Assembly (NCBI GenBank): GCA_964016885.1
Contig: OZ024740.1
Location: 303,862,001-303,926,000 of the forward strand
Reading direction: 5' to 3'
DNA length: 64,000 bases
Origin: Eledone cirrhosa
Lineage: Eukaryota
This document shows, in pieces, positions 13,101 through 27,200 of the stretch. Both the position numbers and the translations under genes were made by a program. Each line of letters starts with the position of its first letter. Position 1 is the first letter of the stretch. The notes beneath the pieces are model-generated. The model was not told the DNA's origin. It saw only the letters and a list, made by a program, of their open reading frames with translations, and searched no databases.

Positions 13101-16100
13101 ATTTATCCGAACACAAATTCTGGGACATTCGTATAGGGACATCAGGGCAGCAAGAAGCTGACCATCGATCCCATACTCATGCAGAACCTTCCACAACAGG
13201 TCCCGAGGAATGCGGTCATAGCCTTTTCAAGGTCAACAAAACAAGAATATACTTCTTGGCAACACTCCCAAAATTTCTCTAAGACTTGTCACAGTGTGAA
13301 TATTTGGTCGGCTGTGCAGCATCTGCTAGATTTGACTTGACAATTCTCTTTGCCAGACACTTAGCATAGACTTTACTGGGGAGGCTTAAGCCTTTAGCAT
13401 TCACATTACTCTATATATGCTATTGTATTTTCGCAGTAAAGGCTTTATCTTATATAATTATCTCACATAATATCGAATCTATGAGATTTTGATATTATTT
13501 ATTTTCAGAACAATACTTTAACATCAGTATGAGTGGTTAGTTAGGGCTGGTTCGAACAGAAAGAAGTGAGAGAATTCTGGCCGGTTACGGCCAGTTTGAA
13601 TGCTGAAGGGTTAACAAGATCTCTCTGTAATTGGAACAATCTCTCTTGATTGCCATTGCTTAAGTGCCTTTCCAGACATCCTGGCCACTCAGCACACGAG
13701 TCAGCCAGAGAATACATTCTCTATTTAAGGCTTTTAACATCTTGGGCTGGATTTCATTTTCCCCAGCAGCCTTGTCACATTTGAGCACTTTAACTGCTCG
13801 TGACATCAGCCTTCAAGAGATTAGTCACTGCTCCCAGATGCACGTCGTGTACATCAGAAGATGCTGTTGTGATTGCATATAGATCAGCAAAGTAATCTCT
13901 CCACCTCACGAGGATGCATCTCTCTGAAGAGAGAACCCCAGATGCGTTCTTGTTAGTAAGTGTAGAGGAGGGAGCTTCTTATTACAAAGTCAGCAGATGG
14001 TCTGCTAGAACACTTTATTTGCTTAAGCCCAAAGTCCCCCCATGTCTTAACTTTTGACACCTTTACTGTCTCTGCTGCGATTCTTTGTGCCTGTTTGTAC
14101 CGCAAGTGCATGAAGGAGGACTTATTTCCAAGCCAAGCTTTGTAAGCCTCTTTCTTTGCTCGGATGTCATCTTTGACCCCTTGATTGAACCAACGGGTTC
14201 TACTGCCAACTGGCACGACACCAAGCCTCTTTTGCCCGCAGCATTTAACAGCTTAAGCAGAAACTGCTGTGCTGAATAATCACCACACTGTCTCAACATC
14301 CTTAGTTTGTGCAGGAAGTTCTCTGAATTTGGATGCAATAGTATCTGCATACCTAGTCCTGACTTCCTTATTCACCAATACTTCCCACTTTATCCAGTAA
14401 ATTGCTCTGGACCTGTCGGTTTTGTGGGCTTCTTTGGCTTTAGGTAGTCTGAAAGGTCTTTAAAGTAACGTTACTCGATAGAATGCGTAACTTGGAGATC
14501 AGAGAATCACTCCAGGTAGAGCCACTATTTCTCTGAATTGAGAGATCACAGCTCCGATACTATGGGCATGTGGTTAGAATGTCTCAGGAAAGAATCGTTG
14601 GACAGATTTTACAGGCAAAGCCCAAGGGTAGACCCCAAGCAAAGATGGTTGGATAACATCCATGAGCTTGGCTGGTCTCGCTTGGGGATCCAGCCAGATC
14701 AGTTGGGGACAGTGGTACATAGGCAGTCATTAGAATGTTGGATAGAATTTTCTCTTTTTTTTTAGACCCATACTCCCGAGAGAGTAGTAGGGACGCCATT
14801 ATTGACATATGGCATTTCAAGGGCATTTATAACCTGGCAGAGTCCATCCCTCTCCAGGTCTGAATGCAGCAGTTTTCTTCCAGGAAAGGATAGAGAGAAC
14901 AGGAGAAAAGGGTTAAGAAAGAGATATAAAGGAAGAATCTGGTACTTTCTTTTATCAACTTTAAATGGATGAAAGGCAAAGTTGACCTAGGCAGGATTTG
15001 AACTGAGAGAGTTGGAATGAATATCACAAAGCACTCTATCCAATGTTCTAATAACTCTGCCAATCTGCTGCCTCTGAGAAGCATAATTGGTAATAAAAAC
15101 AACAAGACAGTGTAGGACAGTACAAATGAGAGACACAAAATAACAACAAAAGTAGTCACTGAGGAAGTCACAGAATGTGTGATGAAAGAACTTTGACAAT
15201 CAACAACTAAACAACCATCATCATTTTACGTCTGCTTTTCCCTGCTTGCAAGGGTGAGACGGGAACTGATTCTGGCTTGATTTCTACAGCTGGATGCCCT
15301 TCCTAACGCCAACCTCATTTACAGTGAGTGCTGGGTGCTTTTTTTCTGTGGCGCCTACACGTCCACTTTACAGTGTGGGCTGGGTGCTTTTTTTGCTGTG
15401 GCACCTCCACGACCACTTTGCAGTGGAATGATAGGGACCTCAGTCCCTATCATCTCATTTCTACAGCTGAGTAAACTGGAGCAATGTGAAATAAAATGTC
15501 TTGCTCAAGGAAACAACACATCACTCGGTCTGAGAATTGAACTCACAACCTTTCGATTGCAAGACCAGTGCTCTAACCACTAAGCCACGTTCCTCCATAT
15601 TATAATAACTAACCATCCGAATATTAAAATAACCAACTGGGAGTTTATAATAAATTGAAGTGAAATCCGACAAGTGCGTGTGTTTTTATTGGCAGCATGA
15701 CCCTCCCAAAGTATAACAACTTATTTTCATATATAAACTTTACAGAAACTATTCCAACAAGAAAAATAAATGTAAAATGCTTATTTAAGAAAAATAATAA
15801 TAATCAACATACCTGCACAAACAATTCATTACAAATACTACATTGCAGCTCCATTTCTAACATGTCAGCAAATGTAGTTAATACTTCTTCACGAGTTTTC
15901 ACCACAACATCTTTCACCTGCAAATTGGCCAGTTTTGCTTCCTTTAACTGATTCTCCAGCAATCGTTGTTCAGCATCTTTATTGTTGATTATCTGTTTCA
16001 ATTGTTTCTTAGACTGAATCAATTTATCAATTGTGGCCTGATCAGCATTGCATTTATTAAGCAGTTCTTTTTCAATTTTCTCTTTTTCTTGTTTTAGAGC

Positions 16101-19100
16101 CACCTTTTTGCTATTTAAATCTTGTTTCAAAGTCATCTCTTTTTTCTTCAACAACATCACCATTTTCTTCTGAAAATCCTGCTCAAGTGTTCTTCTCTCT
16201 TCTTCTTTCAATCTCTGTAATTTCATAAAACCAAAATGAGCAAAGAATAGTCAAGATTTCACATTGTCAACAGGTAAGAGAAGTAAACACAATGTTAACT
16301 GGTTTCTTACATATATTTCTGTGTTATATATATAAAAACAAAATTAAATAATGAAAAAAAAAAAATACAGAAGTGGTAAAGAAGGGTAAATCTGGTTGTA
16401 TAGGAAATGACTCTAAATGATATAAATGAGAAGAAAAGGAGGTAAAAAGCAAGGACTATTAGGCAGCGAAAGAGAAACAAAAAGGGAGAGGGTGACAGAC
16501 TACACCTAGATTGGGCAGTGTTTCTGTGTTGTGTTATAGTTATAATTTCATTTTGATGTTATTACATTACATTAAATTTTAGAAAAATATTAGGAAAGAA
16601 AAAGAAAAAAAAAGCATTGGTCATTTATTGAGAGGTAGATGTTGACCTCACAAATCTAGTTATAACAAAAAAAAAAACATCAAAAATCACCTCCACTCCT
16701 AGAGAACAAAACCACCCACCTTAACCTGTTGACTGTCACATATATTTTACACAGCTACAGTTGCTGTGCAGGGTTTTTTCAGTAAAATGACTATTTTTTA
16801 AACAAACATTTATTAACAACACATATCTGAATGATTGACAATAGTCACATCAATAAACTAGTAACCCCATCTAGCTTTGAAGTTAATAACTGTTAAAAAA
16901 GAGTTTAAGCACGTTAGAACGAGTTATCTCGTCTACGGCACTGAAATGGTTAAATCTTTCAATATTTTATATAAGAAGCACATTATGTTGTGAATGTGTA
17001 TCCAATATAAGTTGACCCCCACCCCCATTTTATGCCTGAGAAATGGGCAAAAATCCCCAAACCCCTTTTTAAGCCGAGGCAGCTAATCAACACATTATAT
17101 TTAGATGGCATGGTTTTGAAATTCTCATGAGTATAAAATACATTTATGAAATTTTAATATCTTAATGTTTATAATGTTTAGTATATAGTTTTTGTTTCAC
17201 AGTTCCATTACATAATGATTTATTTCCATTTCATTTGTTTTATAGTTCCTCAAATTTTTGTTTTACTTGTGGTAACTCACATGTTGAGAGTAGTTGAAAG
17301 CAAGAGATCGAATACGAGTAGAAGAGAGTTAGAACAATAAAACAAGTATATATATATATATATATATAGTTGTTATATAGTTGTTATATAGTAAGGTGTA
17401 TTATTGGTTGTGCAAAATGGTCCAATAAATTTTTGTTAGCAATATTAAGTTCTCCACGATTTAGTATATCTCCAATTCCATTCAAGGGAACAGCTACATG
17501 ATGTAAAACGGAGTATTAGTATCAAAATGAAAATCCGAAGGCAAGGTAAAATTTCCAATCATTTTAATCACGACATCATCATCATCATCTTCGTTTAACG
17601 TCTACTTTCCACGCTAGCATGGGTTACAAACATATGTTTCAATAAGAGATAGATCGATCGTGAAACCATGATCAATTATCACTGATCTCATCAGGTGAAA
17701 ATGAATTGTCTTCAAATTCTTGATATGAGGGAGGAAATTAGCAATGTTCACTCACAGAGTTTATTCCCTCATATGAAAATCAAGCAGTCAAAATGTGGCG
17801 ACTGCTATCAACTTCAGTTAAGGTCATAAAACTATCAAATTTCTATATCCCAATAGCTGCAAAAGACGCTGGACATCAATCAAATCTGTAGAAATACTGT
17901 CGGTCACAGTTAATGTGAGTGGGTACACACGCACACACCGACTCGAAGTCAAAGAAAAAATATATATAAATATATACACGCATCAATTCATTTTCACCTG
18001 ATGCGATCAGTGATAATTGATCATGGCTTCACGATCGATCTATCTCTTATTGAAACATGTGTTGTGATTAAAATGATTGGAAATTTTACCTTGCCTTCGG
18101 ATTTTCATTTTGATATATCATCATCATCATCGTTTAACGTCCATCTTCCACGCTTGCATGGGTTTGGATATATATATATATATTCATTTACTAACTGTAC
18201 AAAGCCTGTTGTCTATATGTGTGTTTGTATGTTTATGTATTTTTCAAATATGGCCTTGCCTGAAGAACTACCTAAAGTAGGCTTTTTATAAATCTAAAAA
18301 ATAAAGCCCAATTTACATGCAGCGAAACAGCTATTGCAAATATGCTGTATTTATATTAATTTAACAAGTATATATATACATATATGGAGTTATATTAATT
18401 TAACAAGTATATATATATAGATGGAGGCACATGGCTTACTGGTTAGAGCATTGGCCTTGCAATCGAAAGGTTGTGAGTTCAATTCTCAGACCAGGTGATG
18501 TGTTGTTTCCTTGAGCAAGACACTTTATTTCACATTGCTCCAGTTTACTCAGCTGTAGAAATGAGATGATAGGACTGGGGTCCCTATCATTCCACTGCAA
18601 AGTGGTCGTGGAGGTGCCATGGTAAAAAAAGCACCCAGCACTCACTGTAAATGAGGTTGGCATCCAGCTGTAGAAATCAAGCCAGAATCAGTTCCCGTCC
18701 CACCCTTGCAAGCAGGGAAAAGCAGACGTAAAATGATGATGATGATGATATATATATACTTGTTAAATTAATATAAATACAGCATATTTGCAATAGCTGT
18801 TTCGCTGCATGTAAATTGGGCTTTACTTTTTAGATTTTAAAAAAGCCTACTTTAGGTAGTTCTTCAGGCAAGGCCATATTTGAAAAATACATAAACATAC
18901 AAACACACATATAGACAACAGGCTTTGTACAGTTAGTAAATGAATAAAAGAGTTAACAAAAGCATGCAAGGACTTTGGATATACCTAATGCACATACCTC
19001 TGTTTCTCCAAGTTTTAATTCAACTTGTTTCTTTTTTGCTTCCAATTTCGACAAGGCTTTTGCTTGTATGTCAAATTTTTCCTTTTCCATTTTCAAAGCT

Positions 19101-22100
19101 TCTTCCAGCATTTCCGAACGTTTTTCGAGTTCTTTTAACCGTACCTCATTGTCAGAAAAAGTATTTTTTCTCAACTTAGGTGAAACACTTTCACCAAAAG
19201 GACTGGTAATTTTTGTAGTATTTTCATTAATGTTATCAACATTATTGCTGTTACTATTAGAGCAAGTAGCTAATAATGGTGAAGAAGGCACTTTTAAAGA
19301 TGCATTGATGAATTTCAAATTCTGGGGTAAATTGGTTATCACAGCCAAATCAGATCCAGGGTTCTTTATAGATGAGCCTTCTTTTTTGTAAGATTTATAT
19401 TTCAACATTTTCTCTTGAAACTTATAGCAGAATGGTTCATCTTTAGAGTTTCCAATTTGAATCATGTCTCCAATCTCAATCACGTGTTGTATATGCACTT
19501 TAATTCGTTTTTTATTTATAAAAACACCATTTAAACTCTGAAAAATATGAAAAAGAAAAACATTTACAATTTATGAAGTGTCAACTGAATGAGATACCAG
19601 TAGAGGTTTTAAAAGAGGAAGATAAAAAAAATTAAAATAATGACTGAAACGCACAACAAATCTCAGCCATTTGACTGTGACTAAGCTGGGAAAAGAAATC
19701 TCCTTGAAAGAAACAGTAAATTATAGTAGACCCATACTTCATTTTTCAACATTGGAAGAATGAAAGGCAAAATCAAAAGAAGGTGCATTTGAACTCAGAA
19801 TGTAAAGTGATGCAACCAAGTGATGCGAGGTATTTTATATGATGCTCTACTGACTCTGCATCCTCCAGCCTATTGTATTTATCTGGTGCCCTATTTATTC
19901 TGCAACCTTGTTTTTAGATTTAAAAAAAAAAACACCAATACAATTATAATGCACTACAAATTCATTAAAATAATTAAGAACATGGATGCTGTTATGATTT
20001 AGCCCCAGGTAACTTTGGATCAAGCAGAGCTAGCTATTACCAAAAGAATTCCAACCACGACAACACCATCCTTTATTAGGATTTAGTGTATCTAAGACAA
20101 CCTAATTCAATATCTCTTTTTTTAAATGGTAGGGTGTGTTTTAAGGGAGATTTAGTTGCCATGTTTAACAGGTCCAGTGACCACATATACACTATTTTGT
20201 TGGCTTAAGAACATGAAGTTTATAGGATTTAATATGAGTAAATTAATATCATCAACATCGCTGTTTAACGTCTTATTTTCCATGCTGGCATGGGTCAGAC
20301 AGGTCATCCACATTATAAGGCAAGTCTGACCAGTTGGGTGCGCCACACCTTGCTCAAATGGAACTGCCTTTTGGCAGTTTTTTTAACAGCTGGATGCTCT
20401 TCCTAATACCAACTACCTCTACAGTGTAATGCATTTCATTTAAAATACTATTTTCTTTCAGTGTAGCTCTATAAAAAAGATCTTGGTATGTTATTGTAAA
20501 TTTCATAGTCAAATGTATACTGGCTCTGTTTCAGCAGTCTGTATCCTTCGCTAAGAGTTCTTATAGATACAGCATTTTTAAAAGCAAAACTATATCACAA
20601 CTCTAAATCTGGGATGCCACATGCTGTGACACCTACTTTTGTGGCAACCTGGTGTGTTCGGCCAGACTCTGCTGCCTGCCAAGCCGAAGAGGGTAAACTC
20701 CAAGTATTGACCGCTCTCTGATGGGTTTGTGGTAGAGCTTGTAGCAGTGGAGACTTCTGTCATTCTTGGCCCCCGAACCACACCCCTATTCACTGTCATT
20801 AGAGCAGAGTTGGCCATCCACAAGTACGAACTCTGTGAGGTGGGGTGGTTGTTCCAGCACATCTCCATCACTGTCCTCAAGGGCAATGTATTCTCCATCC
20901 TGTTGGCTGGGACCAAGAGGCGAAGGATAAGTTAGTTGGAGATTTATTTAAAAATCTCTTTACTTACTGAGAGATGTTTTGTTTATATTTAACTAAGTTG
21001 TTTATCTTTTTATCAGATTTACTGTTTATAGACTTATGGCATATTATATAAACAAGGTGCTCTAAATCTTGATAGATAAACTATGACTTCAAGCCTGCTG
21101 ATATTAACAATATATATAGTTATACTTTGGAAGGGTCATGCTGCCAATAAAAACACACGCATCCGTTGGTTTTTCACTTCAATTTATTATAAATTTCCGG
21201 TTGGTTGGTTCGATAACTGGATGGTTGTTTATATATTGTCAAAGCTCTTTCGTTACACATTCTGTGACCTCCTCAGTGACAGGGGATTCTTTTCTTTGTT
21301 TTTGTACCTCTCCTTTGTTCTGTCCTACGCCATCTTGTTTTTGTGTGTGTTGCGTGCTTAGTTTGCGCATGTGTTACATCCGGGTGTCTGTGTGTGTTTA
21401 TATTTGTTTAAAAACCGTCACTGAGGAAGTCACAGAATGTGTGACGAAAGAGCTTTGACAATATACAAACAACCATCCGGTTATCAAACCAACCAACCAA
21501 CCAACCAGAAATTTATAATAAATTGAAGTGAAAACCAACAGGTGCTTGTGCTTTTATTGGCAGCATGACCCTCCCAAAGTATAACAATATCTGTTTCAAC
21601 ACGTTTTCAGATAAGAAATCTTGCAAAATAAATTCAAAATACTGACACACACATTTATTTTTAATGTACTAATATTGTTTTATATTCGATATCAAAACCA
21701 TCTATGTGCATTTTTACTGTGCAGTATTTGAAACAACTTGTCAGCCATTAAATATACATGTATTCATAAATCTTTGTTGTTCTCTCCAGCATTTTAAATA
21801 TGATTTTTTGCTCTGCTTATAATACGATTGTTTAACTATCTCTTTTTCCATCTACTCGTATGGCTTGCTAGTCTCGTAATCTATATGCATTGAGCACACT
21901 AACCTTTCATGGTGGAAATAACTTAGCAAACAAGAAAAACAAATTAAAGGTAATCTTACATCTTCATCTTTAATTGTCCAATTTTCTCCTTTTCTTTTAA
22001 TAGTAGCATGGTGTTTAGAAATCCACAGAGATAACAGGCATATATGTAAACCTTCATTTCGGCCAATTTTTATCTAAAGAAAAACACAAAACATTTCTGT

Positions 22101-24232
22101 AAATGATATGAATTTTAAAATTCAATATAAAATTTAAAATCATTCAGACAAAAGCCAAACCACTTTGACAACCCGTCATAAAGATGACCATATACTAACA
22201 CCACATAACAGACTGTTTCATACTTACACTAAACTTTTTATCCCTGGAACTTCTCATTAAAATTAACCCTCAACAATTTACACTGAATATCAACATATTA
22301 CCATTACCTGTGTTTTCAAAGAAAAGAAATATGTTTACTGCAAATATCCAGGACATAATTTAAATGTTACCAGAAAGCAAGATCAGAGCTTCGGTCCAAA
22401 CCTAACTCTGCTACCTATATGCTTCACTATGACCACTTCTCCATGTCACTGACTCCCAGCAACAATGTAGATATATGTATACCATGTATAAAGGAACACT
22501 GAATTGATCCAATAATTGCCAATGTTTGCATCAGGGGATTTACTTTGTCCATAGAAACTGATACTGTGCCAAAAGTAGACATAATTATTTTACATCCATT
22601 TTTTTTCATACACATTTGTGTGTAACTTAGCAGTTTGACAAATATGGATCGACAAAAAAAAAAAAAAATAGAAATACTGGAGTTGATATGATTGACTAAA
22701 CACTTAAAGGCTGTACAACAGTATGGCTGCAATCCAATGACTGAAGCCAATAAGAGAGTAAAGAGTCAACAAGTACATTACATAATACTTAGCTGGAGGT
22801 GTCTCCTATACTTGCCAAAATGATCAAAATATTATCATTAGCCATTGAACTGATGTTGTCATTATTAGACTCCACCAAGTGAAGTATAGACTTCACTGTA
22901 CTTGCCAAAGTAATGATGAAAGAATCACTAAGTAGATGTACAATATTGTACACAATTAAGGGGCTGTACACAGAGTCGGGGCAGCCATTCCAAGAAGCAA
23001 CATTGCTCATTCGATGAGTGATTCATTAGTTCATAAAGACAAGTTCAAATTTTATGGTGGGGAAAAGCTAGCTGTGCATCCTATGGAGAGCAAGATTTAT
23101 TTCTCAATAAGTTAACACTATGAAAACTGGAGATAAGTATTAGGCCATGTAGATTACTATTACAGTTGGGTAGGGAAAAAAAAGTAAAAGCTCTTTGATA
23201 AGACCAGGACTGACAGTGAATATAGTAAGGAATATCACATGGGGGTAATATTCAGTCCACACTGAGCCAAGTATAAAAGAGCCCAGGAATAGATCTTTGG
23301 AATTTCCATAAGCAAATGCCTATCAACTCTAATGAAAGAACATTTTAGTTAGATCTTCCACACTATTTACTTTGTACACTAACATATCTAATCTCACTAT
23401 TTATTCCACCCTTAATCTTTTGCATACAGCTGTCTCACGTGTAACTTTGATAACTGTAGCCAAATCTACAACTGTTTACAATGAACAGTGACTTTGGAAA
23501 ACTGCCTTCAATAACTGTTTCAACAGCAAATTACAAACATCAATCTCGCCAGGCTTGCACCTTCCTCCATGACTAAATTATTTTTATAAATGTTTTCAGT
23601 TCTATCCAAGACATTTTTCACTCAATTTCATTTTCAACATATTTTTCAAAAAACGAAGTTTAAGGAAAATCATATAATTTTCCTTATAGCAGTGGTTTCC
23701 AACCTTGTCACCGCAAAGAACCTCATATTTATTTAAATGAAATTTTCCACAAATCCCAGGCTTTTAAAATGTCTGTTTACTGAACAAGCTTACAGACACC
23801 CAAGTAGCCGACAGGTTGGGACCCACTGCCATAAAGTATTTCGATTAATTCTATATCTCCTTATAATATATAACCAGCAATTTCTCTGTCTGTCTGTCCG
23901 ACAGTGGAAACACGTGCGCGCGTGCTAATGTTTTTTGCGCACGCGTAGAGTGAGAAGAAAGAGACAGACTACAAGAGGGGGATAGCGGGAGGGAGAGAGG
24001 GGGGAATTGAGGAGTGCTACAGAAACATATATACATTTCTGTGTGTGTGTGTAATATAAATACACGGTAAAAACCTCCCAGCCCCACACTGTAAATGTGG
24101 TTGGTGTTAGGAAGGGCATCCAGCTGTAGAAAACCCGCCAGACAGTCCTATGCGAGCAATGACAACCACTCTTGCCTCAAGTGGGAAAACTCCCGTCCAA
24201 ACCCATGCAAGCGTGGAACATGGACGTTAAAC

Positions 24233-24264
<32 letters not shown>

Positions 24265-27200
24265 CACACACAGAAATATATATATATATATACACACAGA
24301 AATATATATACATTTCTGTGTGTGTAATATATATATATATATCATCATCATCATCATCACCGTTTTACGTCCGTTCTTCCACGCTAGCATGGGTTAGACG
24401 GGTTGTCCTGTTGTGGGCAGTGTCTGGTCGGCTGACAATGCCTTGCTCATACAGGAACTGATCTGGCTTGATTTCTACAGCTGGATGCCCTTCCTAACAC
24501 CAACCTCATTTACAGTGAGTGCTGGGTGCTTTTTCGTGGCGCCTACACGTCCACTTTACAGTGTGGGCTGGGTGCTTTTTTGCCGTGGCACCTCCACGAC
24601 CACCTTGCGGTGGGGGGTGTGGGGGCATATTGTTTATATGCTTCAGCATGTACCCATGGGAGGTCGGGTACCCTGTATTACTGCGTGACGCCAGAAGTCA
24701 CGGTCGTGTGTCATTGTCTTTGAGAGGTGTAGTTGGGTAAGGTCGGCTTTTATCACCTCATCCCAAGTCATCTTGGGTCTCCCCACTCCGCGGTTTCCAT
24801 CAACTTCTAGTGCTCTGCACCTTTTTATGCAGCTGTCATCCTTCATACGCATCACATGTCCATACCAGCGTAACCGCCTCTCCTGCACGCAGCATTTGAT
24901 TCCTCTTATGCTCAGTCTCTCTCTCAATTCCTTTATGCTTTGTCGTTCACGTATATATATATATACACACACAGAAATATATATTCATTTCTGTGTGTAA
25001 TATATATATATACTAGCAGAAAACCACCAGGTGGGTGGTTTTCTGCTAGTCTCCTTATAATATATAACCAGCAATTTATCTGTTTGTCTGTCTGTCCGAC
25101 AGTGGAAACACGTGCGCGCGTGCGAATGTTATTTGCGCACGCGTAGAGAGAGTGAAAGAAAGAGACAGACTACGAGAGGGGGATAGCGGGAGGGAGAGAG
25201 GGAGAGAGTGAATAGACGCTAAAACATGTGCGCGCGTGCGAATGTTTTTTGCGCACACGTAGAGAGAGAGTGAAAGAAAGAGAGACTGCAAGAGGGGGAT
25301 AGCGGGAGGGAGAGAGGGGGAATTGAGGAGTGCTACAGAAACATATATACATTTCTGTGTGTGTGTAATATATATATATATATACACACACAGAAATATA
25401 TATATATACATACAGAAATATATATACATTTCTGTGTGTGTAATATATATATATATACACACAGAAATATATATATACATTTCTGTGTGTGTAATATATA
25501 TATAATACACACACACAGAAATATATATACATTTCTGTGTGTGTAATATATATATATACTAGCAGAAAACCACCCGGTGGGCGGTTTTCTGCTAGTATAT
25601 ATATATAAAACTGAGGATGTCTGTCTGTGTGTGTGTGTGTGTGTGAGTTTGAATCCCTAAAACTCGAGAACCACGCAACCGACTCTTTTCAAACTTTACA
25701 CATGTAATACTTGTTTCTGAGCAAAAAAAAAAATTCAAATTTTCAATGCCCTAGAGACCGCATTAGGCGATTTAGCGATCTCTCTCTATAATTCTTAGTC
25801 TTTCTCTTTTTAGATAGATACATACATATAACGTTGCGCCCTTATAATATGTTGTCTGTATGTCTGCATTACGTCACTTCCCTGAGGATGTCTGTCTGTG
25901 TGTGTCTGTGAGTTTGAATCCCTAAAACTCGAGAAGTACCCAACCGACTTTTTCCAAACTTTACATGTGTATTACTTATGTTTCAACTTTTTGAACCAAT
26001 AGGGCCTGCATTAGGTGAAAAACTGCGTTTTTTCAGGTTTTTAGGGGTTTTTTTGAGTCGTTACATCAGACTGATTTCCTTGAAATTGTAACTATGTATT
26101 AGTCAGTCTTTTCTTCATACGGTGAGCAAAGAAAATCCAACTTTTTTATGGCCTAGGGCCCGCGTTAGGTGAAAATTTCTCTTTTTTTAGCTTTTTAGGG
26201 CTTTTTTGAGGCGTTACGTCTAGCCGATTTTCACGAAATTTCAAGGCATATTATGCACATAAAAAAAATTCATTTTCTTGATCCCCTAGAGCCCGCATTA
26301 GGTGAAAACCTGCATTTTTCCTGCTTCATCGAGGAAATCTTAACGATTATCCAGCCATCAGAGTATTCAGTTTATTTTCTTTACATATTGTCCACGCATG
26401 CAGTTTTTCCACGATTAGCTCTGTTGGCGGCTCGCATTCCAAAATACCTTATCCCGTGCAACGCCGGGTACCACTGCTAGTAAGATTATATTTCTCGCTA
26501 AAGTAATTGATAGAAAGCAATAATTATCCTTTTGGGGAATGGGGACACTGCTGTATGCTTTCAAGGACAGAGTTCCCTATATGGAAAAAAATATTGAAGA
26601 GTTTCGTGAAAATATGGTCCGACTTCAGGACTCTCTCAACAGAGATCTATCCCAATTTTTGGAAACTAGAAAGCAATCGCTCTGAGCATATTTTATGATA
26701 CTTCAATGACCTCTGTTCAAGCGAAATGCATACCACCACCAGGTTTAAACACCTTCCATCTTGTGGCTGGCCATCACCACCTACTGCACTACGCATTAAA
26801 GTGCTCTTCCCACCTCGCCGATTCTGTTTCTTAATAACCATTTTAATAATTTTTTTTTTCAGACATAGATTTTCGAAACTGTCGATTAAGATTATGTTAA
26901 AGAAATAGTAGAAATGACATTGCGTTCCTGTATAAAATCTGTGATACTATTCTGGTTAATAATATTCATTGTCAACATAAAATTGGAAGGAAGGAATGAT
27001 GAGAAAGACTGTCCACAAATCGAAGTATGCACGGACAGAACGTTAATGAAATTCATTACGAACATTCGTGAAAAACGTATTTCTAGAAAATTCCATTTAA
27101 AAATATGTTTTAAAAAAGTCGAATTAACAAAGCCTTGCCCTCTATATAATCCGCCCCGTCGAGGAAAGTCAACTTTAAATACTAAAAAATAACAAATATA

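Larger units (their letters stand above)
21119..21585. mobile_element. Penelope-like inverted terminal-repeat structure (arms 21119-21280 and 21417-21585)
   Basis: ~165-bp reverse-complement arms around a ~135-bp spacer, with a hammerhead motif at the inner end of each arm. Confidence 0.75.

Noticed and set aside
18423-18500. tRNA gene
   Set aside because: tRNA-like A/B boxes continue into a SINE body and tail; no proper cloverleaf or terminator.
22789-23010. 73-aa ORF or C-box (ATGATGA) in RNF8 intron 1
   Set aside because: No recognisable domain or matching splice phase; the C box is antisense to the host gene and has no D box nearby.
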